From positions 1-39,388 of the IMG/VR virus record IMGVR_UViG_3300027852_000025: 39,388 nt of DNA. The stretch is one strand, 5' to 3'. The first letter of the stretch is position 1. Every line of letters begins with the position of its first letter. Position numbers and translations under genes: made by a program. The stretch is from a virus. Shown here in pieces: positions 32,894-39,388 of the stretch. Below the pieces are notes generated by a model, which saw only the letters and a program-made list of their open reading frames with translations, did no database searches and was not told the origin of the DNA.

Positions 32894-32996
32894 TATACGA
32901 GTCCAACTCCTGAGCCTCTAAGTCGGTTCTCACCTCATAGCATTCCTCAGTCTCTTCTTCGTCTGGCTCTTCGTAGTATTTGTCGTTGTTACACAT
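32865..32996 (-). CDS. Possible acidic 43-aa protein
   Basis: Hand translation: MCNNDKYYEEPDEEETEECYEVRTDLEAQELDSYNDDGLYNEE. RBS aagga upstream. It fills the 32894-33008 gap. Confidence 0.35.
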   Translation of the reverse strand: MCNNDKYYEEPDEEETEECYEVRTDLEAQELDSYNDDGLYNEE

Positions 32997-33008
32997 GGAA
33001 GTTGATCC

Positions 33009-33275
33009 TTAATCGTTATTTCTTTGAATGTACACAACATTAGAATCATTCACAGTCTTATATGGCTTCTCATAATATAAATACTTTCCTGACTCGCAGG
33101 TTAGCCATAGAACTTGATCTGGCTGCGTTATAACATCTATGCATTTAGTTATTTTATATCTGAAATACCAACACTTCCCGTCATCACTTCTATGCACCCT
33201 TGCAATACCATCATCAGCTGAATTAGACCATGCCACGTAATCCCACCCGAATAAGAACCTATATAGTTTATACAT
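33009..33275 (-). CDS. Hypothetical protein (88 aa)
   Basis: ATG after gggag, 1 nt after the upstream stop. Confidence 0.55.
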   Translation of the reverse strand: MYKLYRFLFGWDYVAWSNSADDGIARVHRSDDGKCWYFRYKITKCIDVITQPDQVLWLTCESGKYLYYEKPYKTVNDSNVVYIQRNND

Positions 33276-33276
33276 C

Positions 33277-33495
33277 TTACAGCTCCCACTTATTCAAATT
33301 ATTTAGATCAGACTTGCAACTATCTGAGCAGGTAGGCTGGAAATTAATGCGCCTGGATTCCGCATAAGTTGTCTCTATTGGCTTATCACACATGAAACAT
33401 TCACATTGATGCATCTTGTTCATGTCTCCGTGTGTTTCTACTTTGTTTGACCAGATAGCAAAGCGGCTTGTGTTTTGTTGTTCTTGCATTCTCAT
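33277..33495 (-). CDS. First leftward early protein (72 aa, Cys-rich)
   Basis: ATG preceded by gaggggga. About 30 nt downstream of a consensus-like promoter. Confidence 0.6.
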   Translation of the reverse strand: MRMQEQQNTSRFAIWSNKVETHGDMNKMHQCECFMCDKPIETTYAESRRINFQPTCSDSCKSDLNNLNKWEL

Positions 33496-33528
33496 TGTAT
33501 CCCCCTCGTTTATGCTTAACGTGTAACC

Positions 33529-33557
33529 ATCTTATGATTAATTAATTCTCGTGTCAA
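33529..33557 (-). promoter_or_regulatory. Leftward early promoter (TTGACA-N17-TAAGAT)
   Basis: On the minus strand, TTGACA lies at 33557-33552 and TAAGAT at 33534-33529. The spacer contains the 10-bp palindrome ATTAATTAAT (33537-33546). Confidence 0.65.
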
Positions 33558-33592
33558 CACTTTCTGAGTATTATTTATATATTTATATTATG

Positions 33593-33622
33593 TTGACTTG
33601 AAATGACGTATAGCGTTAAAAT
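33593..33622 (+). promoter_or_regulatory. Rightward early promoter P2 (TTGACT-N18-TAAAAT) whose predicted start site falls on the ATG at 33629
   Basis: TTGACT at 33593-33598 and TAAAAT at 33617-33622, then 6 nt to the ATG with no SD. The spacer carries ACGTATAGCGT, related to the P1 spacer GCGTATATCGC. Confidence 0.55.
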
Positions 33623-33628
33623 AGAGCT

Positions 33629-33826
33629 ATGACTAAATTACAAGAATACTGGAGAGACCTACCCAGTCATAAAAAGCAGGCACTAGCGGATCAAGTTGGT
33701 ATGAAGAAAGGCAGCTTATCTAATGTATTTAACGGCACAGTTAACCCTAGTCTTGATTTGATTAAGCGATTAATTAAAGAGACTAATAAGAAGGTTAAGT
33801 TTGCATGGTTTTTGGAGGATAAATAA
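33629..33826 (+). CDS. Cro/YdaS-like helix-turn-helix regulator (65 aa)
   Basis: QALADQVGMKKGSLSNVFNG is an HTH. It is the first gene of the rightward block and is divergent from the leftward promoter. Confidence 0.6.
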   Translation: MTKLQEYWRDLPSHKKQALADQVGMKKGSLSNVFNGTVNPSLDLIKRLIKETNKKVKFAWFLEDK

Positions 33827-34002
33827 TGAATAGCTTTTACAGAGGTCAGGCAGCAATGGCTTTATTCTTTGCTTTTTTTCAAGATATTCTAGGCAAAGAT
33901 GATTACATTGAGCTTATTCATAACCATTGGATTAATACACCAGCATGGATATGGATTATACCCTTGCTAGTTGTTTTCTATTTTGAATTTAGGACTAAAT
34001 AA
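33826..34002 (+). CDS. Small membrane protein (58 aa), below the ORF-track cut-off
   Basis: Hand translation: MNSFYRGQAAMALFFAFFQDILGK...PAWIWIIPLLVVFYFEFRTK. The ATG overlaps the upstream stop as TAATG and is preceded by ggagga. Confidence 0.5.
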   Translation: MNSFYRGQAAMALFFAFFQDILGKDDYIELIHNHWINTPAWIWIIPLLVVFYFEFRTK

Positions 34003-34091
34003 AAAACCGCCCATTAACTTAATAATGAAGCGGCAACCAAAGCCCTGTCAGAAAGCTTACTGGCTTGATAGGGATTATAGAGGATTTAAAA

Positions 34092-34301
34092 ATGAAAAGA
34101 TATGACACAACAGGAGTAGGCGGATTAGATGAGAGTGCAAATGGCGACTGGGTTTGGTATGAAGATCATTTAAAGGATAAAGAAATTACACTATTAAGAT
34201 TCGACAGTTACTTAATGGAATGCGTGGGAATGAACGACGAACAAAGACAGCAAGCAATTGAAATTATATCAGCTACTTTAGAGGGTAAAGATAATGAGTG
34301 A
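34092..34301 (+). CDS. Hypothetical protein (69 aa)
   Basis: ATG at 34092 after agagga. The track start at 34065 is a TTG. Confidence 0.5.
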   Translation: MKRYDTTGVGGLDESANGDWVWYEDHLKDKEITLLRFDSYLMECVGMNDEQRQQAIEIISATLEGKDNE

Positions 34302-34500
34302 AGAAATTGATTGCGATAAGCAACTTGCAGCAGAAATGAACGCAATAGCAAGCATGATTGACTATGCAGACAAGCAAGGACTTCTAACTGAGGTTATTTA
34401 TACGCTTGCAAATTCATTATTATACACAGATATACACGCAATAAAGCCAGAGACAATACCTCAACAAGCTGCTTGCGCGTTGCTTGAATGGGATTGCTGA
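34294..34500 (+). CDS. Hypothetical acidic protein (68 aa)
   Basis: ATG overlapping the upstream gene by 8 nt. Confidence 0.55.
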   Translation: MSEEIDCDKQLAAEMNAIASMIDYADKQGLLTEVIYTLANSLLYTDIHAIKPETIPQQAACALLEWDC

Positions 34501-34541
34501 TATTTAAATAACACCTACTAAAGATAAAAGAGGGTTTAGCA

Positions 34542-34847
34542 ATGATAAAGGAACATAGATCGAAAATTCAATACTCATCTAGCAGATTAAGAAGGGCTAG
34601 ATTGCTTTATTTTAACATAATTACGCCTAAAATACCGGAAGGAATAGAAGGTGTAAGGCTAGTTAATGAAATATCAGTGAAGCTACAAGAGCGCGGCTTA
34701 TACTCAATGAAGACTAACAATACAGACATATGCTTTAGTATCTATAGACACATGTATAAACGCACATCAAATAAATATGATAGCTGGTATTCGTGGCTTG
34801 CTGAACATGGCTATGGGCATCATCCGTGGTTTAGAAAAGCAGCTTAA
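34542..34847 (+). CDS. Hypothetical basic protein (101 aa)
   Basis: ATG after agaggg. Confidence 0.55.
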   Translation: MIKEHRSKIQYSSSRLRRARLLYFNIITPKIPEGIEGVRLVNEISVKLQERGLYSMKTNNTDICFSIYRHMYKRTSNKYDSWYSWLAEHGYGHHPWFRKAA

Positions 34848-34876
34848 TTTTAACACAATAGAGAGAAAGCCAAACA

Positions 34877-35590
34877 ATGATAAATTATAAAGTTCCTAGA
34901 GACATTAGAGTTAATACGATACATAAATCTAATAACTGGGGCGATTTCATAATCACGTGTTATGTAAATGCTCTCAAAGTTGGTATTTATTTTATAGGAT
35001 CAAAGAATGAATATTTTGTTGCATCTGCTCACATTAGAACTGGCAAAGTTTCTGATTCAGAAATAGCTAATAAGCATAAATCTACAAAATTGACACAGGA
35101 TAGGATAATAAATTTACTTGATTACGATCAATTTACTGGTGAATTTACATGGAAAATACAAAGAAGGCATTTAAAAATAGGCGATAAAGCCGGGCATTTG
35201 CGATCAGATGGCTATATTTATATTAAAGTTGATGGAAAAACATACCTTGCTCATAGATTGGCTTGGCTTTATATGGCAGGAGAATGGCCTTCCGATGAAA
35301 TTGATCACATAAACCATAGAAAGAATGATAACCGGATTACAAACATTAGAGTCGTTACTCATGTTGAAAATAGCAAGAATAAGTCATTATCTATAAATAA
35401 CACTAGTGGATGCATTGGAGTTTGCTTCGACAAAGCAAGAAATAAATGGCGTTCAAACATTCGTGCAAATGGTAAGGCAATGCCTCTTGGAGATTTCACT
35501 GATAAAAATGACGCTGTTATAGCTAGAAAAATGGCTGAAATAAAATACGGATTTCATGAAAATCATGGCTCTAACTCAACCACCCTATAG
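34877..35590 (+). CDS. Free-standing HNH (HNH_3) + AP2-domain homing endonuclease, paralogue of 27769-28527
   Basis: AHRLAWLYMAGEWPSDEIDHINHRKNDNRITNIRVVTHVENSKN plus SGCIGVCFDKARNKWRSNIRANGK...GDFTDKNDAVIARKMAE. The N-terminal SNNWGDFIITCY...KVGIYF matches SNHCGDFIITFY...KVGLYF in the other copy. Confidence 0.85.
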   Translation: MINYKVPRDIRVNTIHKSNNWGDFIITCYVNALKVGIYFIGSKNEYFVASAHIRTGKVSDSEIANKHKSTKLTQDRIINLLDYDQFTGEFTWKIQRRHLKIGDKAGHLRSDGYIYIKVDGKTYLAHRLAWLYMAGEWPSDEIDHINHRKNDNRITNIRVVTHVENSKNKSLSINNTSGCIGVCFDKARNKWRSNIRANGKAMPLGDFTDKNDAVIARKMAEIKYGFHENHGSNSTTL

Positions 35591-35612
35591 GAGGGAGAAA
35601 AAGAAGTTTAGC

Positions 35613-35648
35613 AAATAAAAACGCCTTGAACATTTACGGACAAGGCGT
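35613..35648 (-). terminator. Intrinsic terminator of the gp49-like gene
   Basis: The minus strand reads ACGCCTTG-tccgtaaatgtt-CAAGGCGT followed by TTTTATTT, 14 nt after the stop at 35662. Confidence 0.6.
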
Positions 35649-35661
35649 ATAAATTACAACT

Positions 35662-35973
35662 TTATTTGCTATCAATATACAGGCTTTGCTTAAGTAGATA
35701 ACCTTCAAGTGCCCATATTTTATTCTTTGCATGGTCTCTTGCTATTTTTCTACCTAGCTCTGCATTGAAGTTTTCAGGACTGGCGCAAGCAGATTCACCA
35801 ACGACAGTAAACCCGTTTTGCAATGTTAAAACGCATACTGTTAGCTGGCTTCCTTCGAATAGATGGAATTGCTCTGAGCTGATAACCTCTTCAAGCCTGG
35901 CTGGTGTTACACGAGGTGCTGTTAAGCCTTTTTTGATTATTTCTTCTTCTACGCTATCTAATTTAGATGACAT
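35662..35973 (-). CDS. N4 Gp49 / Sf6 gp66-family protein (unknown function)
   Basis: TVCVLTLQNGFTVVGESACASPENFNAELGRKIARDHAKNKIWALEGYLLKQ matches the conserved core I recall for this family (CVL.L.NGF.V.GESAC.SPENFD.E.G..IA...A..KIW.LEGY.L). It is the only minus-strand gene inside the + block. Confidence 0.65.
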   Translation of the reverse strand: MSSKLDSVEEEIIKKGLTAPRVTPARLEEVISSEQFHLFEGSQLTVCVLTLQNGFTVVGESACASPENFNAELGRKIARDHAKNKIWALEGYLLKQSLYIDSK

Positions 35974-36020
35974 GATTTTCTCCGATTGTTTATTTAGATT
36001 AATGCTTAGGATTAGACTTA

Positions 36021-36049
36021 ATTATACACCAAACGCAAAAAAACCTCAA
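36021..36049 (-). promoter_or_regulatory. Promoter of the gp49-like gene (TTGAGG-N17-TATAAT)
   Basis: On the minus strand, TTGAGG lies at 36049-36044 and a perfect TATAAT at 36026-36021. About 40 nt of leader with GGAGA precedes the ATG at 35973. Confidence 0.6.
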
Positions 36050-36068
36050 TTAAGAGGCTTAATTACAC

Positions 36069-36098
36069 TTGCCAGAGAGGGGTGGCAGGTATTATACT
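36069..36098 (+). promoter_or_regulatory. Promoter of the replication operon (TTGCCA-N18-TATACT)
   Basis: TTGCCA at 36069-36074 and TATACT at 36093-36098. It is back to back with the gp49 promoter. Confidence 0.45.
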
Positions 36099-36191
36099 AG
36101 TCAACGCGAACTGACAAAGTACGGTGGAATATATTATATCTTAGTATATTAAACACCGTCAATACAAATCTGTATTAACAAAGGCGGTAAT

Positions 36192-36407
36192 ATGAACAGA
36201 GAAAAATTCAATAAATTATTAGTTAAATCTTATCTAATACTAAAAGATACTGTGAGCCCTATTAAAGACTGTGATTGCCATAATAAAGACAATCCACTGG
36301 TATGCGCTCACTACTCAACTAATTATCGCTGTAAGTTCAATTTAGGCCAGTTCACGGTAGGAAAAACGATATATATTAACTGCGTTAAAAGGCTTCCAAG
36401 TGAATAA
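36192..36407 (+). CDS. Cys-rich hypothetical protein (71 aa)
   Basis: ATG after aaaggcgg. First gene after the 218-nt intergenic region. Confidence 0.55.
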   Translation: MNREKFNKLLVKSYLILKDTVSPIKDCDCHNKDNPLVCAHYSTNYRCKFNLGQFTVGKTIYINCVKRLPSE

Positions 36408-36999
36408 TAAAAACTCGTTTATCCTGTATTTAGACCAGCAAGATTTATTTAATAGATTGCCTGATGAAGTAGCTGGAAAGCTTATTAAGCACATATTCAG
36501 TTATGTTAATTGCGAGAATCCAGAATCAAATGACATGCTGATAGACATTGCATTTTCATCTATAAAACAATCACTTAAGCGAGACCTTAAGAAGTGGGAA
36601 TCACAAAGAAAGCAACGTAGTGAAGCTGGTAAAAAGAGCGCCTTATCAAGAGCCAACGAAAAGCAACGAGCGTTAACGAGCGTTGATTCTCGTTCAACGA
36701 AATCAACTGTAAGTGTTAGTGGTAGTGTTAATGTCAGTGTAAGTGAGAAGAATAAAAAGAATACCTGCAAAACATCTATTCCTGATGGATTTGATATTTC
36801 AGATAGAGTTAAGCAATGGGCTATAAAAAATAATCATTCTAATCTTAATGCTCATCTTGAATCTTTTAAATTAAGCTGTGAATCTAAAAACTATAAATAC
36901 GTTAATTGGGATTCAGCATTTATGAAAGCCATTAGGGATAATTGGGCAGGTATAAATAACAAAGAAAATAATCAGCAATGGGAGCTTGGCACACGATGA
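36400..36999 (+). CDS. Replication organiser / initiator-like protein (199 aa)
   Basis: GTG start overlapping the upstream stop. Lies directly upstream of, and ATGA-coupled to, dnaB. Two domains are joined by a low-complexity linker whose DNA carries phased repeats. Confidence 0.45.
   Translation: MNNKNSFILYLDQQDLFNRLPDEVAGKLIKHIFSYVNCENPESNDMLIDIAFSSIKQSLKRDLKKWESQRKQRSEAGKKSALSRANEKQRALTSVDSRSTKSTVSVSGSVNVSVSEKNKKNTCKTSIPDGFDISDRVKQWAIKNNHSNLNAHLESFKLSCESKNYKYVNWDSAFMKAIRDNWAGINNKENNQQWELGTR
36655..36745 (+). repeat. Iteron-like repeat cluster inside the organiser gene (candidate origin)
   Basis: AACGA occurs at 36655, 36665, 36675 and 36696, including the tandem AACGAGCGTT x2 at 36665-36684. 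Six tandem hexamers TAAGTG-TTAGTG-GTAGTG-TTAATG-TCAGTG-TAAGTG follow at 36710-36745, then an A-rich run. Confidence 0.5.
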
Positions 37000-38270
37000 A
37001 AGCTAATTATGAGCAAACTGTAATAGGCACGATATTAAAAAATCCTAGTGAATTAGAAAGTATTGATTTACTAGCTGATGACTTTGAAATCGAATCTCTT
37101 AAATTAATATATCAGCAAATTCTTGATATGTACGTCGATAACAAGGTTATTGATATATTCACCGTTTCAACTGAATTAGAAAAAACATCACCTGGAAATC
37201 CTTGGCTAGCTTTAGTTGGTCAAGCTCAAGTTGATGCAATGAGCGCAAGAAGTCTAATATCTCATGCGAACCACGTTAAGCGAGAGAGCAAAAACCGTAA
37301 AGCTAAACTGATATGCAGCGAATTATTAGATCGAATTGATAGCAATGATGAATTACTTGATGAAGCCGTAAAAGAGCTTATGGAGCTAAATCAAGTTAAT
37401 TCAAAGCATGAGCACACCATCAAAGAGACTCTAAGCCATGCTGTAACGATCATAGAGGCCTCTTGTGAGAACGAAGGCATAACAGGCATACCAACAGGCA
37501 TCAAACAACTAGATGATGTCTTAGGCGGCTTCCATGAGTCTGATTTGTATGTAGTAGGGGCGCGTCCTGCAATGGGTAAAACAGCTTTCTTATTGAATTT
37601 GGCAAATGCACACAATGAATCGTCAGGATTAATCAGTGCTGAACAACCAGCAGAGCAGATAGGATTAAGGCTTATTGCGATAAATGGGAAAATAAACGCT
37701 CAAAATATGCGCAACGGAACTATGGATGATTTCGAGTTTGCAAAATTAACTAGCTCAATGAGCAGATTACAAGATAAGAATATCTGGATAAATGATAAAT
37801 CAGGGATAAATATTATTGAAATAATCAGACAAGCAAGAAAATGGAAACACCAACACGATATTAAGATTATTTATATTGATTATATTCAGCGCATTAAATG
37901 GACTGACCAGAGAATCGCTAAATGGGAGCAGGTCGGAAACGTGGTAGGCGCACTTAAAGAGCTTGCAAGGGACTTAAATATACCAATAGTGGCATTGGCT
38001 CAAGTCAACAGAGATGTCGAGAAACTAGCGGATAAACGGCCCAGTATGGGGCATCTAGCGAACAGTTCAGAGATAGAGAAAGAAGCTGATGTGATCATGA
38101 CGCTATATCGTGATGAAGTTTATAACCCAGATACTGATGACAAGGGAATAATGGAGGTTAACGTATGCAAAAACAGACACGGCCAAATAGGTAATGTCAG
38201 AACATTATGGTTACAACAGTTCATGAAGATAGAAGATTACGATAATAGGGCCTACGCACCACAACATTAA
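36996..38270 (+). CDS. dnaB: Replicative DNA helicase, DnaB family
   Basis: GIPTGIKQLDDVLGGFHESDLYVVGARPAMGKTAFLLNLA (Walker A), IIYIDYIQ (Walker B), and ALAQVNRDVE. The ATG at 36996 overlaps the upstream stop as ATGA. Confidence 0.9.
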   Translation: MKANYEQTVIGTILKNPSELESIDLLADDFEIESLKLIYQQILDMYVDNKVIDIFTVSTELEKTSPGNPWLALVGQAQVDAMSARSLISHANHVKRESKNRKAKLICSELLDRIDSNDELLDEAVKELMELNQVNSKHEHTIKETLSHAVTIIEASCENEGITGIPTGIKQLDDVLGGFHESDLYVVGARPAMGKTAFLLNLANAHNESSGLISAEQPAEQIGLRLIAINGKINAQNMRNGTMDDFEFAKLTSSMSRLQDKNIWINDKSGINIIEIIRQARKWKHQHDIKIIYIDYIQRIKWTDQRIAKWEQVGNVVGALKELARDLNIPIVALAQVNRDVEKLADKRPSMGHLANSSEIEKEADVIMTLYRDEVYNPDTDDKGIMEVNVCKNRHGQIGNVRTLWLQQFMKIEDYDNRAYAPQH

Positions 38271-38306
38271 CGGCATATGCCAGAACAGTTTAAATAGAGG
38301 TGAGAT

Positions 38307-38462
38307 ATGAATAATGAAATATTATGGGAGCGCATGTTTAAGTGTATTTCATGCGGGAATATTCACAGGGTTAAATCTATAAGACGACAATTAGATAAAG
38401 AACAACAAGTAAGAGAAAGAAAATGCGCTGAGTCAATTATTAAAGCTAGAGAGGATAAATAA
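38307..38462 (+). CDS. Small CxxC protein (51 aa), below the ORF-track cut-off
   Basis: Hand translation: MNNEILWERMFKCISCGNIHRVKSIRRQLDKEQQVRERKCAESIIKAREDK. RBS agaggtga. Confidence 0.45.
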   Translation: MNNEILWERMFKCISCGNIHRVKSIRRQLDKEQQVRERKCAESIIKAREDK

Positions 38463-38504
38463 CATGCAATCACAATCAATGATGATAGATGGAATGGGGG
38501 AATT

Positions 38505-39149
38505 ATGAAGGGTTTAAATCTATATGGAGGACTTGGTGGGAATAGGAAACTATGGGAAGGGATTGAGGTTACAACAGTTGAAAATGAACAAAAAATAGCA
38601 GATGTATATAAACGACTACATCCTAATGACCAGGTAATAGTCGATGATGCTCATCAGTATTTACTAGATCATTATACTGAGTTCGATTTTATATGGAGCT
38701 CTCCACCATGCCAGACGCATAGTAAGATGAATAAGGCAACAAGGCATAAACTTAATCGTTATCCAGATATGACGCTGTATCAAGAGATATTATTTTTACA
38801 GCATTTTTTCAAAGGGAAGTGGGTTGTTGAAAACGTAGCCCCATATTACGAGCCGTTAATAGAAGCAAAGAAAGTTGGAAGGCACTTATTCTGGACAAAC
38901 TTTGACTTTGAAGCCAATGATGTTGATAGACCACCTGGCTTTATAAATATGGCTAATTTAGCTGGTAAAAAATCCTTAATGGATTGGCTTGATATTCACT
39001 ACGAAGAAAATATTTATTATGGTAGAAATCATTGTCCGGCTCAGATATTGAGAAATTGCGTACACCCTAAACTGGGGTTGCAGATATTTAATGAGGCAAA
39101 TAATAACTCTACTGATGATAACCAGTTAGATATGTTTGATAATGGATAA
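38505..39149 (+). CDS. Compact DNA (cytosine-5)-methyltransferase-like protein (214 aa)
   Basis: Motif I LYGGLGG, motif IV SSPPCQTHS, motif VI VVENV, and a motif-X-like LRNCVHPKLG. There is very little room for a target-recognition domain. Confidence 0.7.
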   Translation: MKGLNLYGGLGGNRKLWEGIEVTTVENEQKIADVYKRLHPNDQVIVDDAHQYLLDHYTEFDFIWSSPPCQTHSKMNKATRHKLNRYPDMTLYQEILFLQHFFKGKWVVENVAPYYEPLIEAKKVGRHLFWTNFDFEANDVDRPPGFINMANLAGKKSLMDWLDIHYEENIYYGRNHCPAQILRNCVHPKLGLQIFNEANNNSTDDNQLDMFDNG

Positions 39150-39294
39150 ACCAATTTACACGATAGAGCCAGTTAAAGGCGGTTACCAGGTAGTTCGCGA
39201 AGATGGCTCGATCGTAAACGAGGCAACATTCGATAAGCTTTGGAAAGCAGAAATTAAATTAAAAACGCTTATTGCTTTTGGATATTGTAGATAA
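39142..39294 (+). CDS. Small hypothetical protein (50 aa) spanning the circularisation junction
   Basis: Hand translation: MDKPIYTIEPVKGGYQVVREDGSIVNEATFDKLWKAEIKLKTLIAFGYCR. The ATG overlaps the methyltransferase stop. The last 33 nt lie in the terminal repeat and equal bases 1-33. Confidence 0.45.
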   Translation: MDKPIYTIEPVKGGYQVVREDGSIVNEATFDKLWKAEIKLKTLIAFGYCR

Positions 39295-39388
39295 CACTTG
39301 ACTAATTGCGTATATCGCATTAAGATAAGCACATGAATAACAAACAAACAGCAGGCAAGTCCTGCAAGAAAGCGGGTCTTAGTGGAAT
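39262..39388. repeat. Terminal direct repeat, right copy (identical to 1-127)
   Basis: Exact 127-nt match to the window start. It duplicates promoter P1 and the first 19 codons of the 72-260 gene. Confidence 0.95.

Noticed and set aside
35765-36100. 111-aa + strand ORF opposite the gp49-like gene
   Set aside because: The minus-strand gene has a family-typical sequence, promoter, RBS and terminator. The + ORF has none of these and runs through the promoter region.
36501-36770. 89-aa minus-strand ORF (LTLTLPLTLT...) inside the organiser gene
   Set aside because: It is the mirror frame of the hexamer repeats and an artefact of the repetitive DNA.
1-39388. CRISPR array, integrase/attP, toxin-antitoxin pair or known defence island
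   Set aside because: There are no regularly spaced repeat-spacer arrays, no tyrosine or serine recombinase motifs, and no recognisable toxin domains in any frame that I could read. The tRNA is complete at both ends, so it is not a simple attP fragment.

Overview
The window is one complete tailed dsDNA phage genome. Bases 39262-39388 repeat bases 1-127 exactly, so the non-redundant unit is 39,261 bp and the contig is a circle opened at an arbitrary point.

There are two transcription blocks.
- A rightward (+) early/replication block wraps the window ends (33629 -> 39261/1 -> about 4770). It encodes a Cro-like HTH, an HNH-AP2 endonuclease, a replication organiser with iteron-like repeats inside its own gene, a DnaB helicase, a short C5 methyltransferase, a second HTH, NinB-like and NinG proteins, one interrupted tRNA, an ASCH protein, a HAD phosphatase and an AEP-like primase candidate.
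- A leftward (-) block of about 29 kb (33495 -> 4746) encodes small early genes, a Rad52-superfamily-like annealing protein and two more HNH endonucleases. It continues with terS/terL, portal, scaffold, capsid, virion/ejection proteins and two beta-helix tailspikes. It ends with an M15 endolysin, membrane proteins, a beta-propeller protein, a holin and overlapped spanins.
- One opposite-strand gp49-like gene (35662-35973) has its own promoter and terminator.

I found no integrase, CI-type repressor, DNA or RNA polymerase, reverse transcriptase, CRISPR array or rRNA.

The most unusual item is a tRNA-Leu(UAA)-like gene at 901-1062. It folds into a complete class II cloverleaf only if a 68-nt intervening sequence in the anticodon loop is removed, and that insert is far too short for a group I intron.

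Other points worth follow-up:
- two early promoters of the same design that appear to produce leaderless HTH mRNAs
- phased repeats inside the replication-organiser gene
- a lysis cassette split by three extra genes, including a lyase-like beta-propeller
- a GNAT-like gene inside the virion module

All functional calls rest on motifs read by eye and on gene order. No database search was run.
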